Shown: positions 18,707-28,085 of the stretch, in pieces | How positions within the stretch are numbered: the first letter of the stretch is position 1 | How the letters are laid out: each line of letters opens with the position of its first letter | Assembly: GCA_903842235.1 (NCBI GenBank) | Contig: CAIMLG010000162.1 | Location: forward strand, 3,115 to 67,114 | Direction of reading: 5' to 3' | DNA: 64,000 nt | Source: an uncultured Verrucomicrobia subdivision 3 bacterium | GTDB lineage: Bacteria > Verrucomicrobiota > Verrucomicrobiia > Limisphaerales > UBA11358 | Translations under genes and position numbers: made by a program | Notes under the pieces: generated by a model | Told to the model about the DNA's origin: nothing | The model's input: only the letters and a program-made list of their open reading frames with translations | Databases searched by the model: none

Positions 18707-20769
18707 TGTGATCCTTTTGGTTTGGGGACTTCGTAGGTGCCGTAGCTGATTGAGCTGGCCGCGCCAGTTTCAACCAACCGAGTAATGATGTTTGCCGCGT
18801 GGCGCACTTCGACGCCGGTTACGCTGCTGATGAGGTCTTTCAATTTGCGGGACTTGTAGGTTCCGGGTTTGAATGACTGAGATGACGTCACCTTAGTGAC
18901 GAAGTGGTCCATTTTGCTGACCTTCGATGCCTGAGGTGGTGCACCTGCGGAGTTCACCGAGACGTGCATCTTCAACTTGTCATCCCATGCGAACCGAGGG
19001 CCGGTCTTCTCAGGAATTGGCGCCTCGCGATTGCGGTCAGCGAACATGACGGTCACTCCGTTAGCGTCCTTTTTCATCTTGAGGTTCGTTTCCGACTTGC
19101 GCTCCAACTGACTGCCCAAATGTCCGCGGGTTTTATCCTCAAGATTTTTCCCAGGATTCATGTGGATGACGTTCAGGATCGGGGTGTAGAACTCGATCGC
19201 TAAGCCGTGGATCCACGCAATCAACGGGTCGCATTCCTCAGGGTCGTTCACGTTCACCGCCATATCTGCGGTGCCGTCGATGACAACGGAGTGAATACCA
19301 CCGCAAGCTGTTTTGGCCTCTTCCAGGATGGGTCGCAATGCGGCTCGAATCTCAGCCGCGCTGAATCCGGTGAGGCAGAAGCTCCGCAACCAGGTAGGGC
19401 ACTTTTCAGCCCCTGCACGTCTGATAGTTTTTTTGCGAATGCCCACCATGTGCCGATAGGGGCATTGCTCTGTGTCGAGGTGCACAACCGCCCAGCCATC
19501 CGGATTTTTCGAGGTGAACCCCAAACAATCAGCGACATCAGTTGCAAAGGATGAACCAATGGCCGCGTATATCCCGGAGGATTTGCCGGTCTTGGCCTGC
19601 GCACTAATCGTGGTCAGATTTCCCGGTGTGCAGATGGGGACGCCACCAAGATGGTAACGCGGCACCGGCTCTGGCATTACCGTGGCGTCGCTATACATGC
19701 GGCTGTTAACGCGCTCCATGAGTGATCCCGTATTGATCACGGGAGCCTCGGGCGCCGATGGAAGCCCCTTTTGCTTATCCCCCCTCTCCGCGGCCAATCC
19801 CCTTTTGCGCTTTTCCCATTTCTCCTTGTTCTCGGACGCCTTGACTGCAACGAGCGCGGCGAATTCGGTTGCCTCGAACCCGAAGATCTCGCATGCAATC
19901 CCGGAGATCTCAGCCAGCGCCGCGCCTTCCTCGTGAAAACCTGCGGCCAGCTTGACGATGCGCTCCATGGCATCTTCCCGGGTGACAGCAGTGTTAGCTG
20001 AGAGGGCTTTGAGATTGTCCAACTCCGGCCGGAGCATAGTCATGGCGAGCGAGAAAGCGGAGGCCTTGGGGTCCACCGTGATGACTTTGAGTGAGTCGAA
20101 CCATGCGTTGAACTTGTCGCCCAACACGGCCCGGATATCGTCGACGCCTTTGCCAACGGAAAAGACGGGGAGGCGGGGAAGCAACAAGGGCAGCGGGGAG
20201 ATGTGGATCGCCAGCCTAAGCATAGCCTTCGCGAAATCGGGGATCAACGAGGTGTCGGCGTCACCAACGAATGCCAGCGCTTTTGGTTTGCTGGTTTCAA
20301 TTATGTCCTTCAAGCCGCGGACCAATTCTTTACCACCAGCCCGGATGCACGAACTGATTCCGCCTACTCCGACGGCGACGTAGCCGGACTCCACCATGGC
20401 CAGCGTCTTGAACTCACCCTCCTGCACATGTGGAATGCACCCCTTGTGGATGTGTTCCCATACCGAAACACCAGACAGGCAATCGTTGGGGGTGGGAAGT
20501 GCCCGCATGGACTTTGCCCCAAACGTGATCTGGAACGCCGCCTTGGTTTTCTCGTTCACGTAGTCGATCGACCACAGCAAACTAAACGGCCAGCGGGTAC
20601 GTGCAGCATCATCGAGGATGGCAATCTCCTTGGGGGTTGCCCTCAGGGAGTCCGCCTTGAACCACTCACGGTTAACGACGCGTACGATGCCGAGATACGG
20701 ATTGCGTTTGGCGGTGCTCAAGTCGAACTTGACCGTCATCAGATCAATTGGGTCGGTGGAGTTCATCAT
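18703..20769 (-). CDS. bifunctional Toprim (DUF3854-like) primase / RecA-fold AAA (RepA/AAA_25-like) helicase
   Basis: The N-terminal half has VQEGEFKTLAMVESGYVAVGVGGISS and LAFVGDADTS (Toprim E and DxD). The C-terminal half has Walker A AQAKTGKSS and a Walker B-like VVHLDTEQ. This architecture is typical for replication proteins of integrative elements and satellites. Confidence 0.7.
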   Translation of the reverse strand: MMNSTDPIDLMTVKFDLSTAKRNPYLGIVRVVNREWFKADSLRATPKEIAILDDAARTRWPFSLLWSIDYVNEKTKAAFQITFGAKSMRALPTPNDCLSGVSVWEHIHKGCIPHVQEGEFKTLAMVESGYVAVGVGGISSCIRAGGKELVRGLKDIIETSKPKALAFVGDADTSLIPDFAKAMLRLAIHISPLPLLLPRLPVFSVGKGVDDIRAVLGDKFNAWFDSLKVITVDPKASAFSLAMTMLRPELDNLKALSANTAVTREDAMERIVKLAAGFHEEGAALAEISGIACEIFGFEATEFAALVAVKASENKEKWEKRKRGLAAERGDKQKGLPSAPEAPVINTGSLMERVNSRMYSDATVMPEPVPRYHLGGVPICTPGNLTTISAQAKTGKSSGIYAAIGSSFATDVADCLGFTSKNPDGWAVVHLDTEQCPYRHMVGIRKKTIRRAGAEKCPTWLRSFCLTGFSAAEIRAALRPILEEAKTACGGIHSVVIDGTADMAVNVNDPEECDPLIAWIHGLAIEFYTPILNVIHMNPGKNLEDKTRGHLGSQLERKSETNLKMKKDANGVTVMFADRNREAPIPEKTGPRFAWDDKLKMHVSVNSAGAPPQASKVSKMDHFVTKVTSSQSFKPGTYKSRKLKDLISSVTGVEVRHAANIITRLVETGAASSISYGTYEVPKPKGSQ

Positions 20770-21452
20770 ATGGATACCTCAATGTTGTAGTCTTCGTCAT
20801 CACTGACGATGGCTGGTTTGGAAACTTTGGCACGCTTGGGGGTCTTAGAAACTGCGGCCGCAACGGGAGCGGGGGAGAGGGGGACACCGCGAGTGGGGGG
20901 TGTGGGGGTGGAGACCGGAGAAAGGTCAATGCTGACCTCTTCCGCATCCATGCTCTGTCCTTCTTCGGCGACTGACGGCTTTGGGCGGGACAGGTAGTAC
21001 TCCTTGCGCAGTTTCCAGTCCGAGGCGAGGGATTTGCGCAGTTGCTCCATTGGGGGACTATAGTTGTTGTAGGTTTGGAGATACTCGGGACTAATTGGCC
21101 AGACCCAGATTCGCTCATTACCCAGCACGACCGAGAGTTTCGCCTGCGTGCAGTACCTCCGTTGCGGGAATACCTCAATCCAGCCAGTCTTGTCAGCAGT
21201 AAAGAACCTACCGAGGTATTGCCAAGTCGCACCGGCCTTGAATGGCTCCATCGGCAACTTGAAGCAGGCCACCCAACTATCCAGCATGTCGGCAGTCTGT
21301 GGACGCACACGCACCTGCTTTAAGGGGAGAACGCGGTCCAGTTTGGAGAGTACCGATTCAACCAGTTTGTCGATGCGTGGTGTCATCATACAGTATTTTA
21401 CTCGGTTGAGGGTGTCGAGGTTCTGAAGAATCGTTGCTGGTGGTGCCGACAC
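20766..21452 (-). CDS. hypothetical protein (element cargo)
   Basis: 228-aa ORF whose stop overlaps the primase-helicase start by 4 nt. It has a Pro/Ala/Ser-rich acidic C-terminus. No motif was recognised. Confidence 0.5.
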   Translation of the reverse strand: MSAPPATILQNLDTLNRVKYCMMTPRIDKLVESVLSKLDRVLPLKQVRVRPQTADMLDSWVACFKLPMEPFKAGATWQYLGRFFTADKTGWIEVFPQRRYCTQAKLSVVLGNERIWVWPISPEYLQTYNNYSPPMEQLRKSLASDWKLRKEYYLSRPKPSVAEEGQSMDAEEVSIDLSPVSTPTPPTRGVPLSPAPVAAAVSKTPKRAKVSKPAIVSDDEDYNIEVSI

Positions 21453-21687
21453 ACTCTCGCGACTAAGTTCTGGCTGCCTCTTATGCCGCGCGATTCGGCT
21501 TGAGGGAGCGTGAGTGACGGTGGTGTAGCCGTTAGAGGAAGCCCTGGTTTTATTTAAGGAAGCTCACCGATTGCTAGCAGATAAGGCAGACAGGCTTATC
21601 ATGTATCGAGATGAGTTCGAAAGGATAATGGGACCGGACCCTACGAGCGAGGTGCGTGGTATCTGCGAACATGCAGTTGAAGATGGT

Positions 21688-22131
21688 CTAGGGCTTAATG
21701 GTAAGCATCCAACCGTTTCCATCCGCGTTGAGTTCAAAACGCTCGTCCAGCCCCCAGCGTTTTAGCTGTCTCCGGATGGTGGTTTTGCGACCCTCAACGT
21801 ATGTGGTGGAGCCGGGGATCAATAACTGCCGCTTTTTGGAGAGCAGGTGGTCATCACTTGTGCGATGGGACCGGTTGTAAGTTCGCGTGGTTTCCTTGGC
21901 AGTCGCGTTGTCGTCGCATCCAATGAACGTGACGATGCGATGACCAGCCGTTCCAGTTATTGAAACGATAACGCCTACTGCGGCGAACCTGTGTTTGGCC
22001 TTGGTGTTCTTCGTTTTGAGCAGACCCGTGAACTCAGCTACAGCCCCTAATTCTTGAGTTTTAAAATACGTAGCCAGCTCGATGGGGGTTTTGAACGTTT
22101 CCACGGGCTTACTTCTTCCCAGCCTCCCCAA
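21688..22131 (-). CDS. hypothetical protein (element cargo)
   Basis: 147-aa ORF co-directional with the element's gene block. No motif was recognised. Confidence 0.4.
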   Translation of the reverse strand: MGRLGRSKPVETFKTPIELATYFKTQELGAVAEFTGLLKTKNTKAKHRFAAVGVIVSITGTAGHRIVTFIGCDDNATAKETTRTYNRSHRTSDDHLLSKKRQLLIPGSTTYVEGRKTTIRRQLKRWGLDERFELNADGNGWMLTIKP

Positions 22132-22573
22132 ACCACCGCCGCTCGTTCTCCATGACCCACTCGCCGATGATGAACGCGAACATATCCTCTGGGGCTATCG
22201 CACCCCGTTCAATGTCGTCAGGAGTAGGCTTTCGCATGATGTAATTATCGGGGTTTGGAAGCGCGTCTAGGCGCTTCTTATACCTATTCAGCCGGTCATA
22301 CGTTGCAATCACCCGGAACCCCGGGAGCGGAGCATGGCCAGCTAGCCGAACATTGTATTGGTTGCCGCCGTATTTGCCTGTCCACGTCATGCTGGCCCCG
22401 GGACGTGCCAGACAGCGCTTGATGGCGTCGTGAAATCTGGAGATGCTTTTCATCCGCCAGATGGTGCCAGAACCCTCGCAAACTGCACGCACCAAGTAGT
22501 GTGCGGGAGCCACGCTACTACAAGCATTAGCTTCACTAAGTCCAGTCAGTCCATAATCCGGACTGGACTCCAA
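22109..22573 (-). CDS. hypothetical protein (element cargo)
   Basis: 154-aa ORF, first gene of the minus-strand block. It overlaps the next ORF by 23 nt. No motif was recognised. Confidence 0.4.
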   Translation of the reverse strand: MESSPDYGLTGLSEANACSSVAPAHYLVRAVCEGSGTIWRMKSISRFHDAIKRCLARPGASMTWTGKYGGNQYNVRLAGHAPLPGFRVIATYDRLNRYKKRLDALPNPDNYIMRKPTPDDIERGAIAPEDMFAFIIGEWVMENERRWFGEAGKK

Positions 22574-22700
22574 AAGTCAAAATATTCATACATCGGGGCC
22601 TGCAGCATTTGGTTGGCAATTCGCGTTATCTACATACTCCCGTTTCCTTTGGCCCCCTGTCCATAGATGTCATACCCCCTCGGTTAAACTGATTCCAACG

Positions 22701-23246
22701 ATGAAAAAGCCTATGAAAAAAGACCGCGACCAAATCGAGTTCACGGAAGAAACCGCCCTGGCATTCTTTGCCCGCCATCTGGACGGACTGAAATGGAAAT
22801 ACAACCGCTTCGCAGACCGTCCGGTCCTGTTCTGCGGTTTCAACGGCGGCGATGTCCTTTGGGATTTCAACATGGTCACCCGCCAGAAAAGCGACGGCGA
22901 TTTCCTGCTGTCCGTCAGCTCCTTCATTCCCAACAAAGCTCGCCCCGAACGCCGCGCCGCCGTGGCCGAGCTTCTCACCCGCATCAATTGGGATCTGTCC
23001 TTGGGCTGTTTCGAGATGAATTACGCCGACGGCGAAATCCGCTTCCGCACCAGCATGATTCTGCCCGGTGCCGACATCACCGACGCCATCGTCGAGCACC
23101 TTGTTCGGTCAAATCTTTGCATCGTGGACGAGCGCATGCCCCAGATCATGGCCGTGCTGTATTCGGATGTCACCTCCGAGGACGCCCTGAAACCCAAGGT
23201 GGAAAAACCAGCGGCAGCGACGGAACCCCGCTTTGACTTTAATTGA
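22701..23246 (+). CDS. YbjN-like (type III secretion chaperone-like fold) protein
   Basis: The pattern FARHLDGLKWKYNRF...VLFCGFNGGD...AELLTRINWDLSLGCFEMNYADGEIRFRTS...IVEHLVRSN matches the YbjN/DUF1821 family layout. Confidence 0.6.
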   Translation: MKKPMKKDRDQIEFTEETALAFFARHLDGLKWKYNRFADRPVLFCGFNGGDVLWDFNMVTRQKSDGDFLLSVSSFIPNKARPERRAAVAELLTRINWDLSLGCFEMNYADGEIRFRTSMILPGADITDAIVEHLVRSNLCIVDERMPQIMAVLYSDVTSEDALKPKVEKPAAATEPRFDFN

Positions 23247-23584
23247 ATCGTCATCCGGCAATCATAAAACGCAAATGAAGCAGCTCACCACAATCCTCGT
23301 TGGCCTGGTGGTGTTGCTCGTTTTTCAAATATTAAAACGCCACACCCGCCAATAAAGAAATGCGCGGGACATGAAAACAGCCATTCCCATTGAAATTCAA
23401 CCTTGCCCCCACAAGTGGGCGACCTAACCTTTCTCTAACATTTTCCAATTCATGGGAATCGGTTCACATTCTTCTAGGCTGACACTTGCGGCTGGCAGGT
23501 GTCGCGCGGCAAACGGGGGCAGACAATGCCTCGCCGATTCTACCCCGATTATACTAGCAAACGTAAATGGCCCGCGTCTGACCT

Positions 23585-24811
23585 GTGAAAGTTAATCCCC
23601 AGACATTTTTCAACTTTTGCAGCCGGCACGTTTCATTGCTGCGGGGTCTGGCGGAACTATCCGGCGAATGTTCTGAGCTGGAGGTAATGCGCCTCATCAA
23701 GATTCATTCCGCGGATCAGGAAGAACTTCCCCAAACGGTTTGGCGCAATCTCCGCGAATTACAGATCCTTGTCCCCTCCGAACCTGGCGGCGACGACTAT
23801 TTGATGGCAGAACCGGTGGCCGGTTTGCTGGCCTACCTGCAAAACGAGGCGAATCCCGCCACGCCGGAATTGATTCGCGGCTATATCCAGTCCCTCGAAT
23901 CATTGGGGCAACGGCTATCCGCCGCTTTGACCGTGGAGGATGTTACGGTGGTTAGGCTGGCTTTCGACGAAATAACCGTGACACTTCGCCGCATCTACGC
24001 TGACTTGGAGCAAACCCATCACGCCGTATTGACGGAAGTTGCCGCCTACAAAACTCAGCGTTTTAACATCAGCGTCCGTGATAAATTTCGGCGCATAGTA
24101 TATTGGATGGACCGCTACGTTGAACCGATGATTGCGCTGGTTCGGGCCGACGGACCGATGCGGGCGGCGTTCGACGAGATCGAAAGGTTGCTACATCAAG
24201 CCCGGACGCAGGCATTGTTCAATGACCTTCCGGCGTTGGATCGTAATCTTCGCCATCTTCGCTTGGTTGGCACCCATGCGCTTCGCGTATTCATCCAATG
24301 CCGCAAGGAAATCCAGCCCCTCTATGAAACCCTCCGGCGGTCGAGCCTCATCGCCGAGGGCGCGGCCTTGGCCCTGCAAAAATTGCAGAACGAAGGCATC
24401 TCCGGTTGGGGCACGGTCCCATTGATTAACGTCTGTTCACTTCGGATCCAAAATGTCCCCGGCGACGGGGCCATTGGTCTCGCCCTGCGCCGGATTGTGG
24501 AGCATCCGCCCGAACCCCCGCCGATCTTGGACCTTTCCAAGGAAGATGTTGCCCCGGTCGCCCTGGATCGTCGCCGCTGGCTCGACGACTTGCCCGAACT
24601 CGTGCGGCCAGAACTGCCCGTGGACGATTTGCTTGGCTGGCTAGTCCGCCGTCATCCCGAAAAAGGACTGCCTGATGTCCTCGCCGGCCTGACGGAGATT
24701 GTTTTCCACCCGGATTTCGAGGCGCGCTTTCTGGATTCCAGTTCGCGCCTATACCAAACTGCCACCGGTCAGCTTTCCGCCTGCCCGGTTCATATAACCT
24801 CTCATGATTGA
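23585..24811 (+). CDS. jetA: Wadjet JetA / MksF-like kleisin-type subunit
   Basis: 408 aa, GTG start in the track, mostly helical. It is first in a 4-gene set with MksF-MksE-MksB-MksG order and sizes. The assignment is mainly by synteny with jetC and jetD. Confidence 0.55.
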   Translation: MKVNPQTFFNFCSRHVSLLRGLAELSGECSELEVMRLIKIHSADQEELPQTVWRNLRELQILVPSEPGGDDYLMAEPVAGLLAYLQNEANPATPELIRGYIQSLESLGQRLSAALTVEDVTVVRLAFDEITVTLRRIYADLEQTHHAVLTEVAAYKTQRFNISVRDKFRRIVYWMDRYVEPMIALVRADGPMRAAFDEIERLLHQARTQALFNDLPALDRNLRHLRLVGTHALRVFIQCRKEIQPLYETLRRSSLIAEGAALALQKLQNEGISGWGTVPLINVCSLRIQNVPGDGAIGLALRRIVEHPPEPPPILDLSKEDVAPVALDRRRWLDDLPELVRPELPVDDLLGWLVRRHPEKGLPDVLAGLTEIVFHPDFEARFLDSSSRLYQTATGQLSACPVHITSHD

Positions 24812-25361
24812 CCTCCCACAACTTGGCGATATTTTCGACCGGCTCAAACGGGGTGCCCACCTTGGCCCCGAAGACGAACCGTTTTATTCCAATCTTGTCG
24901 CGCGCTACGACGACTACGCCGCTTATTTTGCGCCGCTCGGTTTGCGCCTGATCCGCCATCCGCGCGAGTTTTTCTATTTCGATCCGGAAAACTCTGAAAG
25001 CGTCCCGGACACCCTGCCGCGCATCGCCATCTTTTCCTACATCATGGTGGACTTCGCGGCCAACCAGGGGCAGCCACTTGAGGAATACATTTTCAGTAAA
25101 AACTTCCTCATTAGTTCCCTGCCGCATTTTTCATTCGACCGCTACGCCGCGCTGTTGCGCCAGGTTGACATTCACGATGCGAAGGGACTCGAAAGCATCT
25201 TGCAACAGATGAAGCGAATTGGTTGGGTGCATATCCTCGGTCCGGACGAGTTTCGCTTTTTGCGTCCCTTCCATCGCGTATTCGCGCGGTGCATTGAGCT
25301 CGCCCAACCGCACGCGCCCAACGCCACTGCCGCCGGTGACAGTCCTAACCCCGCCCCCTGA
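24804..25361 (+). CDS. jetB: Wadjet JetB / MksE-like subunit
   Basis: 185 aa. Its start overlaps the jetA stop by 8 nt. Position and size match MksE/JetB. The assignment is by synteny. Confidence 0.55.
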   Translation: MIDLPQLGDIFDRLKRGAHLGPEDEPFYSNLVARYDDYAAYFAPLGLRLIRHPREFFYFDPENSESVPDTLPRIAIFSYIMVDFAANQGQPLEEYIFSKNFLISSLPHFSFDRYAALLRQVDIHDAKGLESILQQMKRIGWVHILGPDEFRFLRPFHRVFARCIELAQPHAPNATAAGDSPNPAP

Positions 25362-25364
25362 ACT

Positions 25365-28085
25365 ATGCCCACCGGACCACGAAAAATCATCCTCATCCAC
25401 TCCGGGCGTTACGAATATGCTGAGGTGGAAATTGCCGGCACGTTGCAAATCGTCGGGCCAAACAACACTGGCAAAACCACGCTCATCAACACGCTCCAGT
25501 TCCTCTATTTGAATGACATCCGGACAATGGATTTCGGTGGCTACAAATGGGAGCAGACCCGCGCCTTTTACTTCCCCAGTGAACACAGCTACATGCTGTT
25601 CGAGTGTTCCGGCGCCCAGGGGGATTGTGTCATCGGCTGGCGCGGACAAAGCAAGGCCAGTGGTGGTGAACCGGAACGGTTTTTCTTTTCCGGCCCCTAT
25701 TTGTCTGATGATTTTTACGATGCCAAGCATCAGGTTCGCCCCCCGCGCGAGGTCAGCGCCCGGCTGGCCTTGAAGAACTTCCGGGCCATAAAAAGCGCCG
25801 AGGAACATCGCACCTTGCTCCTGCCTCCGGATGGCGCTGGCTCCACTGGCCAGGGTATCGTCGCCTTGCGAGATGATGATAAATATCATCAGTTCCGTGA
25901 GACTCTGAAAAACTTGCTCACTCTCAGCGCGATTTCCCAGGAACAAATGCGCGACCGTGTGTTGATGCTCGCCAATATTCCCCCGGATAAGCTGGCTTTG
26001 GATGCGCGGACGCTTTTTGGCGAAGATTATGACCTGATTCGCGCCCGCCGTGAAAAATTGCTCCGCTTCAAGGAGCATCGGCCTCTGGTCGGCGGTCTGG
26101 TGGATAAATTTGCCAGCCGCGAACAGGCTCGCGGTGAACTGATCTATCGCTGGACTGACCTCCGGGCCAAGCGGCAGGCGTTTGATACTGAGCACCAAAA
26201 GGGTTTGGATCGGCTGAAATCAGAAAAAAAGAAACAGGGCGATTTGGCCCAATCGTTGTTGGTGGAAATTGATCGTCTGGGGAAAGAGTCACAAGACTAC
26301 GCCATTGAATTGGGGCGGGTGGATGAAAAGCTTAAGCAATTGGCCGCCGGCGACCGTGAATTTGCCCAGTTCACTCCGGAGTTGGAGCGGGCCGCCATTC
26401 AGGCACTCGAACAAAAAGCCCGCAACCTGGACGACCAGTTGCGCTCTGCGGAAAATGAATCGCGCGCTAAAGCCCTCGGTAAATGCGAATTTTTCACCGG
26501 TCAGGTTCGGGACAAGCAGCAAACGATTGACCGCTTTGACAAGGTCGTCATCACCGCCCTGCGCAAACATTTCAGCGACGACGAATTGAATCCGCTGTTT
26601 CGGCTGCTCAATCCCGAGCTGTTGGAATATCCCGTCGTCCAGGGTGCCATCGAGATACACCGTCAGGCCGAACTGGTGTCCACCCTGCGCGAGTTGGTCT
26701 CCCGGCTTAAAAACAATACGTATCAGGATGAAAACCTCACGATTGCTTTTCGTGGGGAAAAAGCCCCCGTGGCCGGCGTGGCCAATATTGAAGCCATTCG
26801 CGATCGGCTGGCGGAAGATCAGCAAAGCCTGGAGCGCTGGCAGAAAATTCTGTCGGCTATCGAACAGCGGGAAGCTCTGGAAAAGCAGCGAAAAGAAATT
26901 ACCGAGGAATTGGAAGGCTCGCCGGCTCGCGAGGGAAAAATCCGCCGGCTGTTTCGCTACGAGCAACATCTGTCCGCCAAGCAACACGAGAATCGCTTGC
27001 AGGCGGAGTTTAGAACCATTGACGAAACCATCAAGACGGCCAAGGCTCGCATCGGTAAATTAGATGGCGACCAGCGCAAAGCTGCCAATGCGGAACGCGA
27101 GGCCCAATCCGCCATTCTCAAAAAAGAGAATGAATATGGTGTGAGCATATCCGAATTTAACCGGTGCGTTTTCCCGGAATTTGCCGCCAGAAGCCGGACG
27201 CCGGATGAGGCCATCCCCGATGATTTTGGAGGTGCCGTCGCCTTGGTCCTTCGTCAGCAGGACGAAGAAGCCCAGTTGTCCAACGACATACGCAATGACA
27301 TGTCAGAAATTGAACGTTGGTTCAGTGATGATTTTCAAGGGGTGGATGAGAAAGAAACGGTCCGGTTGCTCCGCGAAGAATTGGAAGCCTTGACCGAAAA
27401 AGAAGCCGCTTTGGAACGCGATTGGAATGCCCATATTCATACTCTTCGCGCGACCTTCGACCAGATTTTAAAAAAATTGGGGGATGTCCTCAGCGCCCGG
27501 GATGGGTTGAATCGCCACTTTGCCAAAGTCCAGGTCTCTGACCTGAAAGCCGTCAAAATGGAGGTGCTGGAAGACAGCCAGACGGTGAACTGGATTCGTC
27601 GCCTCGCCGCGTATGAGCCGGGCGGCTTGTTTGAGAATGACAAGCAGCGGGAATCCGCCCTCGTTAATTTCCGGACCAAACTCCAGGGCAACCCCCAGGT
27701 GCGCTATGCCGACCTCTTCACGCTTGGCTTCACCGTCGTCGGTGCGGATGACCGTGCGCATACCTACCACGATTTTCGCCAGATTGAATCCCACGGCACA
27801 ACCGTGACCATCAAGGTCCTGTTCAATTTGCTGCTCCTGAAAAGCCAGTTGAAACGTGATGATTGTCAGGTGCCGTTCTTCCTCGACGAAATTCAGATTC
27901 TCGACCCGGCTAATCGCCACGCCATTCTCGACACCGCGCGCAAACTCGGTTTCATTGCCATCACCGCCGCGCCCGAGGCCGTCAGCGAAGTGGACGCGCT
28001 CTACTTCTTGCAGCCACGCAAGGGTTCGATCGTCCTGCGGCAGAAACACCGCGTCGGCGTCCAGCGCCAGCCCATCCCCGCATGA
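25365..28085 (+). CDS. jetC: Wadjet JetC / MksB-like SMC-family ATPase
   Basis: N-terminal Walker A GPNNTGKTTLINTLQFLY. A long central coiled-coil-like region rich in E/K/R/L/Q. C-terminal Walker B/D-loop VPFFLDEIQILD. Confidence 0.75.
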   Translation: MPTGPRKIILIHSGRYEYAEVEIAGTLQIVGPNNTGKTTLINTLQFLYLNDIRTMDFGGYKWEQTRAFYFPSEHSYMLFECSGAQGDCVIGWRGQSKASGGEPERFFFSGPYLSDDFYDAKHQVRPPREVSARLALKNFRAIKSAEEHRTLLLPPDGAGSTGQGIVALRDDDKYHQFRETLKNLLTLSAISQEQMRDRVLMLANIPPDKLALDARTLFGEDYDLIRARREKLLRFKEHRPLVGGLVDKFASREQARGELIYRWTDLRAKRQAFDTEHQKGLDRLKSEKKKQGDLAQSLLVEIDRLGKESQDYAIELGRVDEKLKQLAAGDREFAQFTPELERAAIQALEQKARNLDDQLRSAENESRAKALGKCEFFTGQVRDKQQTIDRFDKVVITALRKHFSDDELNPLFRLLNPELLEYPVVQGAIEIHRQAELVSTLRELVSRLKNNTYQDENLTIAFRGEKAPVAGVANIEAIRDRLAEDQQSLERWQKILSAIEQREALEKQRKEITEELEGSPAREGKIRRLFRYEQHLSAKQHENRLQAEFRTIDETIKTAKARIGKLDGDQRKAANAEREAQSAILKKENEYGVSISEFNRCVFPEFAARSRTPDEAIPDDFGGAVALVLRQQDEEAQLSNDIRNDMSEIERWFSDDFQGVDEKETVRLLREELEALTEKEAALERDWNAHIHTLRATFDQILKKLGDVLSARDGLNRHFAKVQVSDLKAVKMEVLEDSQTVNWIRRLAAYEPGGLFENDKQRESALVNFRTKLQGNPQVRYADLFTLGFTVVGADDRAHTYHDFRQIESHGTTVTIKVLFNLLLLKSQLKRDDCQVPFFLDEIQILDPANRHAILDTARKLGFIAITAAPEAVSEVDALYFLQPRKGSIVLRQKHRVGVQRQPIPA

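Larger units (their letters stand above)
15290..22650. mobile_element. integrative element (phage-satellite-like) inserted next to tRNA-Arg; right boundary approximate
   Basis: The integrase starts 72 nt after the tRNA. Cargo includes an excisionase-like HTH, a Toprim+AAA primase-helicase and a sigma factor. G+C is visibly lower than on both flanks (by eye and single-line spot counts only). No attR repeat was identified, so the end is set where the co-directional gene block stops. Confidence 0.5.

Noticed and set aside
21571-21765. 64-aa plus-strand ORF in the gap between element genes.
   Set aside because: It runs opposite to the surrounding operon, overlaps the 3' end of ORF 21688..22131 and has no motif.
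23481-23503. Imperfect palindrome GACACTTGC-GGCTG-GCAGGTGTC ~80 nt upstream of jetA, considered as a possible operator.
   Set aside because: It has only 8 of 9 matching positions per arm, is a single copy, and no cognate regulator gene is adjacent. That is too weak to call.
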